Assembly: GCA_000996895.1 (NCBI GenBank)
Contig: LCBB01000007.1
Location: forward strand, 1-53,555
Direction: 5' to 3'
From: a candidate division WWE3 bacterium GW2011_GWC2_41_23
GTDB taxonomy: Bacteria; Patescibacteriota; WWE3; UBA101185; UBA10185
DNA length: 53,555 bases
Shown here: in pieces, positions 27,725 to 36,260 of the stretch
Layout of the letters: each line of letters begins with the position of its first letter
Numbering within the stretch: position 1 is the first letter of the stretch
Notes under the pieces: generated by a model
Database searches by the model: none
The model's input: the letters and a program-made list of their open reading frames with translations, nothing else
What the model was told of the DNA's origin: nothing
Made by a program: the position numbers and the translations under genes

Positions 27725-29431
27725 TTAGCGGTTGTGGTTCCAGACAGGGTGGGCGTGTCCCAATGCCTTTCTTTCTTTAAGATAATTAACGTGTTCCTCC
27801 CGCTTGGCGTTTAGTTTCTCGACGTCAAACCCCGCCTCGCTAATCACTTTAACGGCAAATTCTCCTCCGACAAAGTGGGGCAAAATAACATAAGTTGCAC
27901 CGCACTCGTAAAGTTTAATTGCGTCATCTATGTTGTAAGAAAGAAGCAATACGAGGGAATCCTTGTTCTCCGCCCGCACTTTGTTTACCAAAAAGTTGTT
28001 TGTTTCAAATTCCGGAATAGTAGAAATAATTATTTTCGCCCTTCCTATCGAGATTTCCTCTAAAAACTCACTGTCTTCCGCATCGCCGTAAATACAATTT
28101 ATACCTTTACCCGTGAGTTCCTTGATGATGTCGGGATCGAAATCAATCGCCAAAAACTGCGCCCCAAACTCCTTAAATATTTTCACGAAATCGTAACCTG
28201 CCCTGTTGCAACCGAACAATATAGTGTCGTAGACACGGGCGGAATCACTTTCGGTGGCGGGCGCCCTACTTTCAAATATTTTTAAAAAAGGTATAAACAG
28301 CGGATAAATTTTTTCCGCATACACAATTAAGTAGGACGAGAGGGCTATACTTAAAAATCCTAAAATTGTAATTACTCCCACAACTTCTTCCGAAACATGC
28401 CCCACCTTTAAACCAAGGAGTGCGAAAATCATTGAGAACTCACTTATCTGGGCTAAACCGGTGCCGGTTAAAAATGCCGTCTTTTTTGAATAACCAAAAA
28501 TCTCCACCAGAATTGCGAGAATCAACGGTTTCCCGATTAACACAAACGCCGCAAGGATGGAAAGCGGAACAAACATTCCGGATAAAGTGTCAAACGATAT
28601 CGTGTACCCCAGGGAAATGAAAAACATAACGATAAAAAAATCACGCAGGGGTTTCAGACGCGAACTTATTTCCGAACTGTACGGCAAAATAGACAAAGAA
28701 ACACCGGCAAGGAGGGCACCTATCTCGACTGAAAAACCAAGAATTCCGAATAACGTAGCCAAACCAAATCCCCACGCCAGTGAAAAGAGGAAAAGGTATT
28801 CCTGCGAACGCGCGAAAAACGTGCCCAAAGCCGGCATCACATAATAGCTTACTAGGGAAATTACTAATATCACCGCGAGACCTTTTACAATTAGGAGAAG
28901 AAATGAAGACATTCCTTCGTTCCCGCCGGCAATTCCGGAGACCGCGATTAAAGCTATGGCCGCAAGAATATCCTGGAGAAGCAAAATACCTATGGTGAGG
29001 CGCCCGTATAATTTTTCCAGGTCTTTTTTATCGGAGAGGAATTTTAACACTACAATGGTACTACTGAAGGACAGCGCAATTCCGATATACAAACTTTCTA
29101 TTACAGAAAAACTCAGCAAGAGCGATATCAAAAACCCGAAAAAAGCTGTAAATATAACCTGGAGAAATCCGATTAAAAATGACGTCGTCCCAAAGCTTTT
29201 AAGTTCCCGTGGATTCAGGTGCAGTCCTACAATAAAAAGCAAAATCGCTATTCCCATTTGGGAAAAAACCGACATCGCTTCATCTGATTTTAAAACCCCG
29301 AATACATAAGGACCCAAGAGAATCCCTGTGAGCACATACCCGATAACGATAGGTTGCTTGAGAACACGCATTATACCCGCGAGGGCAGCCGCGACCACAA
29401 TAATCACACTAAGTTCGGTAAATACGTTCAT
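27725..29431 (-). CDS. CPA2-family cation/proton antiporter with a C-terminal RCK/TrkA-N domain (Kef-type)
   Basis: About 12 TM helices form the Na+/H+-exchanger-type domain. A Rossmann-like ILFGCNRAGYDFVKIF...AIDFDPD region follows. Confidence 0.8.
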   Translation of the reverse strand: MNVFTELSVIIVVAAALAGIMRVLKQPIVIGYVLTGILLGPYVFGVLKSDEAMSVFSQMGIAILLFIVGLHLNPRELKSFGTTSFLIGFLQVIFTAFFGFLISLLLSFSVIESLYIGIALSFSSTIVVLKFLSDKKDLEKLYGRLTIGILLLQDILAAIALIAVSGIAGGNEGMSSFLLLIVKGLAVILVISLVSYYVMPALGTFFARSQEYLFLFSLAWGFGLATLFGILGFSVEIGALLAGVSLSILPYSSEISSRLKPLRDFFIVMFFISLGYTISFDTLSGMFVPLSILAAFVLIGKPLILAILVEIFGYSKKTAFLTGTGLAQISEFSMIFALLGLKVGHVSEEVVGVITILGFLSIALSSYLIVYAEKIYPLFIPFLKIFESRAPATESDSARVYDTILFGCNRAGYDFVKIFKEFGAQFLAIDFDPDIIKELTGKGINCIYGDAEDSEFLEEISIGRAKIIISTIPEFETNNFLVNKVRAENKDSLVLLLSYNIDDAIKLYECGATYVILPHFVGGEFAVKVISEAGFDVEKLNAKREEHVNYLKERKALGHAHPVWNHNR

Positions 29432-29502
29432 GTATGTATTAGTTTAAGGCAATTGGGTTTGTTTGGGAATAAACAGCGCGCACTAGTGTTTCCGAAATTT
29501 CC

Positions 29503-29578
29503 TGGCGCACCCGGAGGGACTCGAACCCCCGACTTCAGCGTCCGCAACGCTGCGTTCTATCCTCTGAACTACGGGTGC
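29503..29578 (-). tRNA. tRNA-Arg (anticodon GCG), CCA encoded
   Basis: The reverse complement reads GCACCCGTAGTTCAGAGGATAGAACGCAGCGTTGCGGACGCTGAAGTCGGGGGTTCGAGTCCCTCCGGGTGCGCCA. Confidence 0.85.
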
Positions 29579-29593
29579 CAATTTACAGGGTGA

Positions 29594-30175
29594 TTATATA
29601 TTAAATTTGCTTTTAACGTTCTCGAAGAACTTGTCCAGAAAAGATAAGGGCTCGATCGAGAGAAAGTTAATATGCTTGTCCAGCGCTTCCTTTATCTTTG
29701 TTCTGTCTTCCAGGATAAAGCTAAAAAACAGACGCCCCGGCAAGTAAGTGTAAGTATCCACGATTAATATTTCCGCCTCGGCAACTTTTTTAAAGAAAAA
29801 TTGTTTTAATTCGTACCAGTAATACATTGAGTCACCGTACTTAATACCATGGCTTGAAACCTCAACATGAACGGTGTGTTCCGGCAGCCTGTTCAAAGAA
29901 ATAAGGAAGAAAATCAAGCTCGCTACCACAAAGATCAAGCCAAATTCTTGCATCACTACGAGAAGAAGCGCAATGACAACAGCAATAATGATAACGGTTC
30001 TCGAAAACCTTTTGTTCATCTCCTTAATTTCAGCTTTAACCACCGAATCCCACTCTATATATTTTTCTTTAGGCCCCAATGTTTGAGGGTCAAAACCATC
30101 AGGTCTTTTAGTGTCAGAAGGTTTTTGATTGGACATTCCGAAAAAATTCAATATTTTTGAGTAAGGTATTTGCAT
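29594..30175 (-). CDS. hypothetical membrane protein (two TM helices plus a soluble C-domain)
   Basis: Hydrophobic hairpin VIIIAVVIALLLVVMQEFGLIFVVASLIFFLI. No family recognised. Confidence 0.65.
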   Translation of the reverse strand: MQIPYSKILNFFGMSNQKPSDTKRPDGFDPQTLGPKEKYIEWDSVVKAEIKEMNKRFSRTVIIIAVVIALLLVVMQEFGLIFVVASLIFFLISLNRLPEHTVHVEVSSHGIKYGDSMYYWYELKQFFFKKVAEAEILIVDTYTYLPGRLFFSFILEDRTKIKEALDKHINFLSIEPLSFLDKFFENVKSKFNI

Positions 30176-30252
30176 AGTCCAATAATAGTTTTTTTACCGA
30201 GGGAACGCAATAAACTTGGGCTCTCTATTACTTTTGGGAAAAATTGAATTTC

Positions 30253-30288
30253 TGGCGGAGGGTGTGTGCCGTACTTGGAACTTTTTTT
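30253..30288 (-). repeat. about 35-nt repeat copy beginning (in tRNA sense, ending) with the 3' end of tRNA-Ser(GCT)
   Basis: TGGCGGAGGGTGTGTGCCGTACTTGGAACTTTTTT is 32/35 identical to 30849-30883. Its first 11 nt equal 31392-31402. Confidence 0.8.
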
Positions 30289-30331
30289 GCCTCATATTGC
30301 AAATATTAATTTGGCTATATATGATTTAGAT

Positions 30332-30838
30332 ATGTTAAAAAAAGTGCTAGTACTGATAATTATTGCCCCAATACTTCTCTTTCTAGCCTTGAGTGTAGGA
30401 AATAGTATTGGTCGGAATAAAAAATTCAATGAAAAGAGTGCCAGTTTTTTTGAAAAAGAACGTCAGCAGGAATATGTTACGAAATTCGAGAAAAACCAAG
30501 CAGAAATACCCCAGAATTTTCCACAATACCTTCATTATCCAAAATTCGATAAAACAGCTGTAATAGTAGATAACAATGAGAAACAACAATATGGGGTTGT
30601 GTATATGACTGATGACAGTCTAGATAAGATCACGACATACTATCAACAAGTACTAAAACTCCAAGGTTTTCATACCACAGACCCTAAAGATGTTACTACC
30701 GATAGTAGCGGAAGAGTAAAGAGAGATTTTAGAGCATTTTCAGAATATGACAAAAAACCTGAAGTTGTAATTGACTTATTTATTACTCAATGGACAGATT
30801 TTAATACTATACAAATACAGTATCAACAAAAACTTTAA
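30332..30838 (+). CDS. hypothetical membrane-anchored protein (168 aa from ATG 30332; the ORF track starts at GTG 30266, inside the repeat)
   Basis: MLKKVLVLIIIAPILLFLALSVG signal/anchor followed by a soluble domain. Confidence 0.65.
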   Translation: MLKKVLVLIIIAPILLFLALSVGNSIGRNKKFNEKSASFFEKERQQEYVTKFEKNQAEIPQNFPQYLHYPKFDKTAVIVDNNEKQQYGVVYMTDDSLDKITTYYQQVLKLQGFHTTDPKDVTTDSSGRVKRDFRAFSEYDKKPEVVIDLFITQWTDFNTIQIQYQQKL

Positions 30839-30848
30839 TCAAGTTTCA

Positions 30849-30883
30849 TGGCGGAGGGTGTGGGACGCACTTGGAACTTTTTT
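30849..30883 (-). repeat. second copy of the tRNA-Ser(GCT) 3'-end-derived repeat
   Basis: TGGCGGAGGGTGTGGGACGCACTTGGAACTTTTTT lies directly after the stop of the 30332 gene. Confidence 0.8.
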
Positions 30884-30998
30884 CTCAAATATCAGTTGCA
30901 AAATACTATAAAACTTGTAGCATAAAAACATAACTTCAGTTGTCCCACCCTGGTATAAAGAAATAGCTGACTTAACAAAAACATCTCCCAGGCTCAGT

Positions 30999-31259
30999 GA
31001 TGAGGAGAAAAAACAGCTTTCTGAGTTACTGGAAAATCCGGTGCTGATGGAAATGAATTTTAACAAACCTGAAAACCTAGATGTGTTTAGGAGGGTTTTG
31101 ACCAACGAATTATCTAGACTAATCTGTGAAAACGAAAAGTTTTGGGTATATATGGGCAACATTAGACACAATAAAACACTTACACCTGAAGAAAAAACAG
31201 CTATCAACGAGCTTACCTTTCTTTTGCACCTATGGGGCGTAGCCCATCACATAGAGTAA
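30999..31259 (+). CDS. hypothetical small protein (86 aa from ATG 30999; the ORF track lists 31041-31259)
   Basis: By my reading, an in-frame ATG at 30999 has no intervening stop. The composition is more protein-like than that of the overlapping 122-aa minus ORF. Confidence 0.4.
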   Translation, partial: DEEKKQLSELLENPVLMEMNFNKPENLDVFRRVLTNELSRLICENEKFWVYMGNIRHNKTLTPEEKTAINELTFLLHLWGVAHHIE

Positions 31260-31391
31260 GAATTGTTTAACAAAATTTTCTTAAATCAGCATTTTGGAGC
31301 TTATCTATTAAGGATAAAAATAGCGTCAACACAATACAAACTACCCTATCAAGAACTAGCTAATGCTTCAAAAAGCAACGATATTGATACA

Positions 31392-31479
31392 TGGCGGAGG
31401 GTACAGGATTTGAACCTGTGGACGGCAATTAACCGTCACGGCTTAGCAAGCCGCTGCATTACCGCTCTGCCAACCCTCC
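31392..31479 (-). tRNA. tRNA-Ser (anticodon GCT), CCA encoded
   Basis: The reverse complement reads GGAGGGTTGGCAGAGCGGTAATGCAGCGGCTTGCTAAGCCGTGACGGTTAATTGCCGTCCACAGGTTCAAATCCTGTACCCTCCGCCA. Confidence 0.9.
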
Positions 31480-31500
31480 GCGGTATAAACACTGCGCACG

Positions 31501-32168
31501 TCAATGTGCCGCACCATTATAACAAACTTTTTCGCGTTTACTTAGGGCGAAACATTGAACTTCCGCCGCCCCGGCTTCATACAACACCTTAGCTGATTCT
31601 AAAAATGTAGCTCCGGTTGTGCTTATGTCATCTACCAGAATAACTTTTTTACCTAAAAGTTGCCCGGGGTTAGTCACTGTAAACGCCCCTTTAACATTCT
31701 CCCGCCTGCCTTCCCTATTCTGAGTGTGTTGGGATTCCGTGCTCCTGCTTCGGACCAGCAAATCTTTTTTTAAAACCAACTTAAATTTCTTTGAAACTTC
31801 TTCCGCAATCATGTTTGCCTGATTAAATCCCCTTTGAGAAAGCTTCTTAGGACTGGAGGGTATAGGTAAACACAAATCCGCACTTAGGTTACCCCACTCC
31901 TCACTGCAAACAGAAGTAGCCTCAATACATAGTTTTCTTAAACTCAAAAATTGTCTTGCCCCGTATTTGGAAAATTTTATGCAGTCTCTTACCTTTCCTG
32001 AGTAACTGTAAACGCACAGAAGACGGGTCGGTACTCCTATTTTTCTGCACCGTTCGTGTGGGTAGGCAATAGTGAGCACTCCCCCAGACAGGCATCACAA
32101 AAAATGTCTCCCTCTGCGCCGCAAAAAATACATTTAGGAGGAAATAGATATTTTAAAATGTTTTCCAT
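31501..32168 (-). pseudogene. comFC: ComF-family phosphoribosyltransferase split by a frameshift (or an assembly indel)
   Basis: The PRT motif KVILVDDISTTGAT lies in the 192-aa ORF (31501-32079). The expected N-terminal zinc ribbon MENILKYLFPPKCIFCGAEGDIFCDACLGEC is in another frame (32037-32168). The two frames meet at a G5 run (32081-32085). Confidence 0.6.
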
Positions 32169-32308
32169 ATGTTATCCACAACGATTATTATGTTGTTAAA
32201 TCAACGCATTTTGTATATACGCCCTATAGCTTATTAAGATTTAAACCCTGTAGTAATATTACACTACCCGAAGTTTTTGGAAAGCCGTTCATCACTAATG
32301 AGCTTAGA

Positions 32309-33535
32309 ATGAGATATAATCCTGTGGTGGAGACAATAAAAAATAGACCATGGGTTCTTTATATTTTGATATTACCTATAGTTGCCTGGTCGGTTGTTTA
32401 CTACCTTTTACCGCAGTTTTCAGATGTTAAAACCCAAGATCCTGAACACCCTTCAGATTTTTTAATGTATCTTACGGGGGCAACCATCGTGAGAGAAGGT
32501 AAGATTAGCAATTTGTACGACTACGAAACGCAAAGAAGTTACCAACGCTCTATCTCAGGAACAACCCCTACCGAACTTATTACGGGCGTCCTTGCTTTCA
32601 GAACGCCTCCTACTACTGCGTGGTTGTATTCGCTTCTTCCGGTACAAGATTCGGTAAAGTCTTTCTGGATAGTAGTTTTCATAAATTCTGTGTGTATTGT
32701 TACCGCAATTTACTTATTGAGCGGCTCTCTTATAAAAACCTGCGTATATAGCACTGCAGTAACATTCTTCCTTTCTTTTTGGATGACTCTGATAGGAGGG
32801 CACCCGAACGGCTTGTTACTGCTCATAATGGTTTTGGCTTATACCGCGTTGAAGAATAAGCGTCCGGGTGTTGCCGGGATTATTACGGGATTCCTCTTTT
32901 TGAAGCCAACCTTTCTCTTACTGGTTCCCTTTATGTTTCTTTTAACAAAAGACAAAAAACAGTTGTTTTCTTACGCCGGATTTTTTTTACTCACAATTCT
33001 GTTTCTGATTGGAGTGAACACAGCTATTTTCGGACCCCGTTTCGTTCAAACCTACATACCTTATCTGATTAACAGCGAAAATAGCAGTTACGGGACTGAC
33101 ATCTCTAATAACACGAACCTAACTGCTGTTATGTACACCGTTCAAAAATGGCTAGGGAGTGCACACAGTACGTGGATTCCAATTGGCGTTGTCGTAGCTC
33201 TTAATATCTTTTCACTTCTGGCAATTTATAAAAAGAGATTAATTTTTTCTCCGGCACACGGATTTGGATTAATTTGTTTATTGTTGCCGCTTTTGAATTT
33301 GCACACAATGCACGCTGATCTGCTTGTTCACTTAATACCTCTAATTTTAATTGTGGGCACCCTGGTTAAAAACAAACGCTGGTTATTAGCGGTGATTTTG
33401 GCAATTGTACTGATAATACTGCCGTGGTATTCACTTGCAGATCTTGAATGGCTAGTAACTCTCGTGATACTCGGATTGTCTTTTTTGTTATTAAATAATT
33501 TGAAGTGGCTGGGAAATCAAAAGACACGTGCGTAA
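32309..33535 (+). CDS. polytopic membrane protein, DUF2029/GT87-like GT-C glycosyltransferase (putative)
   Basis: About 11 TM helices. The first loop SDFLMYLTGATIVREGKISNLYDYE...FRTPPTTAWLY has the D..Y...LY...P-type pattern. Confidence 0.5.
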   Translation: MRYNPVVETIKNRPWVLYILILPIVAWSVVYYLLPQFSDVKTQDPEHPSDFLMYLTGATIVREGKISNLYDYETQRSYQRSISGTTPTELITGVLAFRTPPTTAWLYSLLPVQDSVKSFWIVVFINSVCIVTAIYLLSGSLIKTCVYSTAVTFFLSFWMTLIGGHPNGLLLLIMVLAYTALKNKRPGVAGIITGFLFLKPTFLLLVPFMFLLTKDKKQLFSYAGFFLLTILFLIGVNTAIFGPRFVQTYIPYLINSENSSYGTDISNNTNLTAVMYTVQKWLGSAHSTWIPIGVVVALNIFSLLAIYKKRLIFSPAHGFGLICLLLPLLNLHTMHADLLVHLIPLILIVGTLVKNKRWLLAVILAIVLIILPWYSLADLEWLVTLVILGLSFLLLNNLKWLGNQKTRA

Positions 33536-35240
33536 AGTATTTTCGGTTTTTTTACAAGTTATTGTCCCGGTCAGTGCCTTCATATTCTGGGCGGGGCATT
33601 TTGAAAAAAATATTTTGAATGTGTTCTTTTTGCTTTTTTTGTACGTTTTAGCCTATTTTTTGTGCTGCGTTTTTTTCCCACAGATAAAAATGAACACACG
33701 GATTTTATTAACCACCGGGGTGGTTGCTGGTTTAGGCGGGTCTCTAATACTCGGCACCTTCTATACACCTCACGAAACGTACGACGGAGCTTATTTTCAT
33801 ACAAAAGTAATAAACTCAGTTATAGCTAACGGAAAATACGAGCCCCTTTTTGAAACCACGAAACCATATCCGGTTGAGTATCTAATGGGATTTATAGGGA
33901 AATTCTCCGGCTACGCTGTAATCAATTTTGTATACGCAGCAACAGGTATAATAAGCATCTTGCTCACGTTCAAACTGTTACAGAAGTTAGGAACAAAAGA
34001 GTCTGCCGCCTTATTTCTCTCCGGCGTTTTGTTTACATCCCCGGTATTTTTTAATCTTGCTTTTTCTGACTATAAAGTCGACATCTTCTTGTATCTGGTT
34101 ACCGTATCTTCATACCTCATATTCCTCAAAATGATGGAGGAAAACAAATATAAAATTATGCCTCTGCTCGGTCTCTTCTTGGGGCTTGGGGTATTGATTA
34201 AAATCGGTTTTGCGCCTATTGCGGCAGTTATCGGTACGATTACCTTTTATGAATTTGTGTTTGTGCAAAAACAAAAAAACTTAATACTTCCAATCTCTTT
34301 GTTAGTTTTTACCATTTTACCCGTTGTGCTGTGGGGGTGTTACTTCGGGATAAAAATACCGTTGTTTCAAAAAACAATTGCTCAAAAACACCAGGAAGTT
34401 CTGAGAGTAAATCCTACTGTTACGGATGCGTGTTACACGGATTTAAAAGTTTACGACCTTGCTACTTACAGCAAGGAAACCAGATTTCCAGCCTACTTAT
34501 TACAACCCCTCTATTATCTTGCGGGGAATAATATGGATCCTGTCGGTTTTCAGGCCAATAACACTTTAAGTTCATTTCTATACATAGGAGTGTTTTTTTC
34601 TCTTTTGTGGCCGTTGACCAAAGAATATTCTAACAAAAAAAATTTGTACGTTTTCTTAATTTACGTTACGTACCTACTAAGTTTTCTATTTACTGTCGGG
34701 GCAATATACTGGTATTTACTTCCTGTACTTCCTTTGAGTTTGTTTTTTTTCTATAGAGTTCTGGCAGCAAGTGTTTCAAAGGCCGCATTAAAAAGAATTA
34801 TTCTGGTAGTAGCCGTTGATTCAATTTTGCTGCTGACAGTTGTTTTACTGAATTATCGACAAGACATCGAAATTAACAAAGACGAAGATAAGAAAAATAG
34901 AGAGTTCAGTAAATACCTTCAAGAAAACACCGAAGGATTAATTCTTGACACTTCATTTTTGCAAACTCCTGTGATGTATCCGTATTTCACCGACAGTCAA
35001 AATAGGATAGTGAAAACGGATTTTATTTTTGCTGACACATCGTTGGACAACAAAAATATATATACAATTCTAGAAAAAGAAAATATAAATTACCTGATTA
35101 CCAATATGGAAGTATCCGTAAAATATCCGCAAGGCGAATGTCTGGCTAGGTACAAAGAAGGGTTAAAAAACTTTCTAAATACTTATACAGATACGGTGTA
35201 CGAGGATGATAGAGGATACGTAGTTTCCAAATTAAAGTAA
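33528..35240 (+). CDS. polytopic membrane protein, ArnT/PMT-like GT-C glycosyltransferase (putative)
   Basis: The GTG start overlaps the preceding stop. About 12 TM helices are followed by a soluble C-terminal domain of about 130 aa. Confidence 0.5.
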   Translation: MRKVFSVFLQVIVPVSAFIFWAGHFEKNILNVFFLLFLYVLAYFLCCVFFPQIKMNTRILLTTGVVAGLGGSLILGTFYTPHETYDGAYFHTKVINSVIANGKYEPLFETTKPYPVEYLMGFIGKFSGYAVINFVYAATGIISILLTFKLLQKLGTKESAALFLSGVLFTSPVFFNLAFSDYKVDIFLYLVTVSSYLIFLKMMEENKYKIMPLLGLFLGLGVLIKIGFAPIAAVIGTITFYEFVFVQKQKNLILPISLLVFTILPVVLWGCYFGIKIPLFQKTIAQKHQEVLRVNPTVTDACYTDLKVYDLATYSKETRFPAYLLQPLYYLAGNNMDPVGFQANNTLSSFLYIGVFFSLLWPLTKEYSNKKNLYVFLIYVTYLLSFLFTVGAIYWYLLPVLPLSLFFFYRVLAASVSKAALKRIILVVAVDSILLLTVVLLNYRQDIEINKDEDKKNREFSKYLQENTEGLILDTSFLQTPVMYPYFTDSQNRIVKTDFIFADTSLDNKNIYTILEKENINYLITNMEVSVKYPQGECLARYKEGLKNFLNTYTDTVYEDDRGYVVSKLK

Positions 35241-35276
35241 AAGATACGGCCACCTCACGGTGACCTTAAATTTTTC

Positions 35277-35666
35277 TGGTGGAGATGGGGGGAATCGAAC
35301 CCCCGTCTTGAGAACTTTTTATGCAGCATCTACAAGCGTATCCAAGCTTATCTTAGATAGAGCCGGGTGCTTGAAGTACCTTTTCTGCCCTAACGCAAGC
35401 TAAAATCTTTGGACTTTTCGTCCCCGGTGTATCCGCAGGGCTGCCACGGATATGACCTCTTCCCGGATTTATTAGACCCCGAAAGCCCTTCCGGGCAAAA
35501 GCAACGGGATCCACAGCGTTAATAAATTAAGCTGCTACGGCGGCCATTGCTGGTACGCCTACAAATGCTTCTTTATCGGCATTTATGGTTTTGCTAAATT
35601 TGAGGGTTCAGCTTCCCTGCTTGCAGCTGCACGAAATTGGACTCAATCAAATCCTTGTGCATCCCC
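35277..35666 (-). ncRNA. ssrA: tmRNA
   Basis: 5' GGGGATGCACAAGGATTTGA... and 3' ...GGGGGTTCGATTCCCCCCATCTCCACCA form an Ala-type acceptor with G3:U. The internal tag ORF GCC GAT AAA ... GCA GCT TAA (35527-35580) encodes ADKEAFVGVPAMAAVAA. smpB is adjacent. Confidence 0.9.
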
Positions 35667-35740
35667 TTTTTTAAAGTACACCAGTATTTTACCATAAAAA
35701 TACGGGGAATTATAACTATAGGTCTGCGGTATAAAGAGGG

Positions 35741-36205
35741 TTATCGAGACATTATTTCTTTTGATTCCCGCGCCAAATCAAGCTGTATCTGCCGTTCTTT
35801 TGTCACTACCTTCTTCTCGAACTCCCCTTTACCCTTGGCTACTGCAAATTCGAGCTTTACCAGCCCGTTTTTAAGGATTAGGGCCAAAGGAACGGCTGTC
35901 TTGCCCTTCTCAGAAATAGCTCTCAATACTTCCAGTACCTCGTTCTTATTAACAAGTAAGCTTCTGCGTCTCTTAGCATCCTCTTCAACAAAGTTTTTGG
36001 ACTGCTTGGAGTAGCGGCCGATGTACAGATTGACCACATAAAGTTGGCCGTCCTCACCCTCTACATAAGAACCCTCAAAACTAACCTTCCCTTCCCGGAG
36101 AGCTTTGACTTCGTAGCCTTTTAGAACAATACCCGCAACATAAGTCTCAATGACCGAAAAGTTGCGCAGGGCTTTTCTATTCTTGGCTAAAACATAGTCT
36201 CCCAT
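35741..36205 (-). CDS. smpB: SsrA-binding protein
   Basis: NRKALRNFSVIETYVAGIVLKGYEVKALREGKVSFEGSYV...LLVNKNEV is the canonical SmpB pattern. The start is likely MGDYV at 36205, not 36271, because a promoter for the divergent gene lies at 36240-36248. Confidence 0.9.
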   Translation of the reverse strand: MGDYVLAKNRKALRNFSVIETYVAGIVLKGYEVKALREGKVSFEGSYVEGEDGQLYVVNLYIGRYSKQSKNFVEEDAKRRRSLLVNKNEVLEVLRAISEKGKTAVPLALILKNGLVKLEFAVAKGKGEFEKKVVTKERQIQLDLARESKEIMSR

Positions 36206-36239
36206 GGGTCCTATTTTAACAGGTTTTTGATAGTGTTGA

Positions 36240-36248
36240 TGGTATAAT
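36240..36248 (+). promoter_or_regulatory. extended -10 promoter (TGGTATAAT) 12 nt upstream of ATG 36261 (near-leaderless)
   Basis: TG-n-TATAAT is present and no SD lies between it and the start codon. Confidence 0.45.
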
Positions 36249-36260
36249 TTAAGGGACTTT

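Noticed and set aside
30839-31207. 122-aa minus-strand ORF in the second tRNA-Ser(GCT) cassette
   Set aside because: It has a Ser/Leu/Phe-rich, low-complexity antisense-type composition. The overlapping + strand ORF (30999-31259) reads more like a real protein. Neither can be proven from sequence alone.
35637-36014. 125-aa + strand ORF
   Set aside because: It overlaps the 5' end of the tmRNA and runs antisense to smpB.
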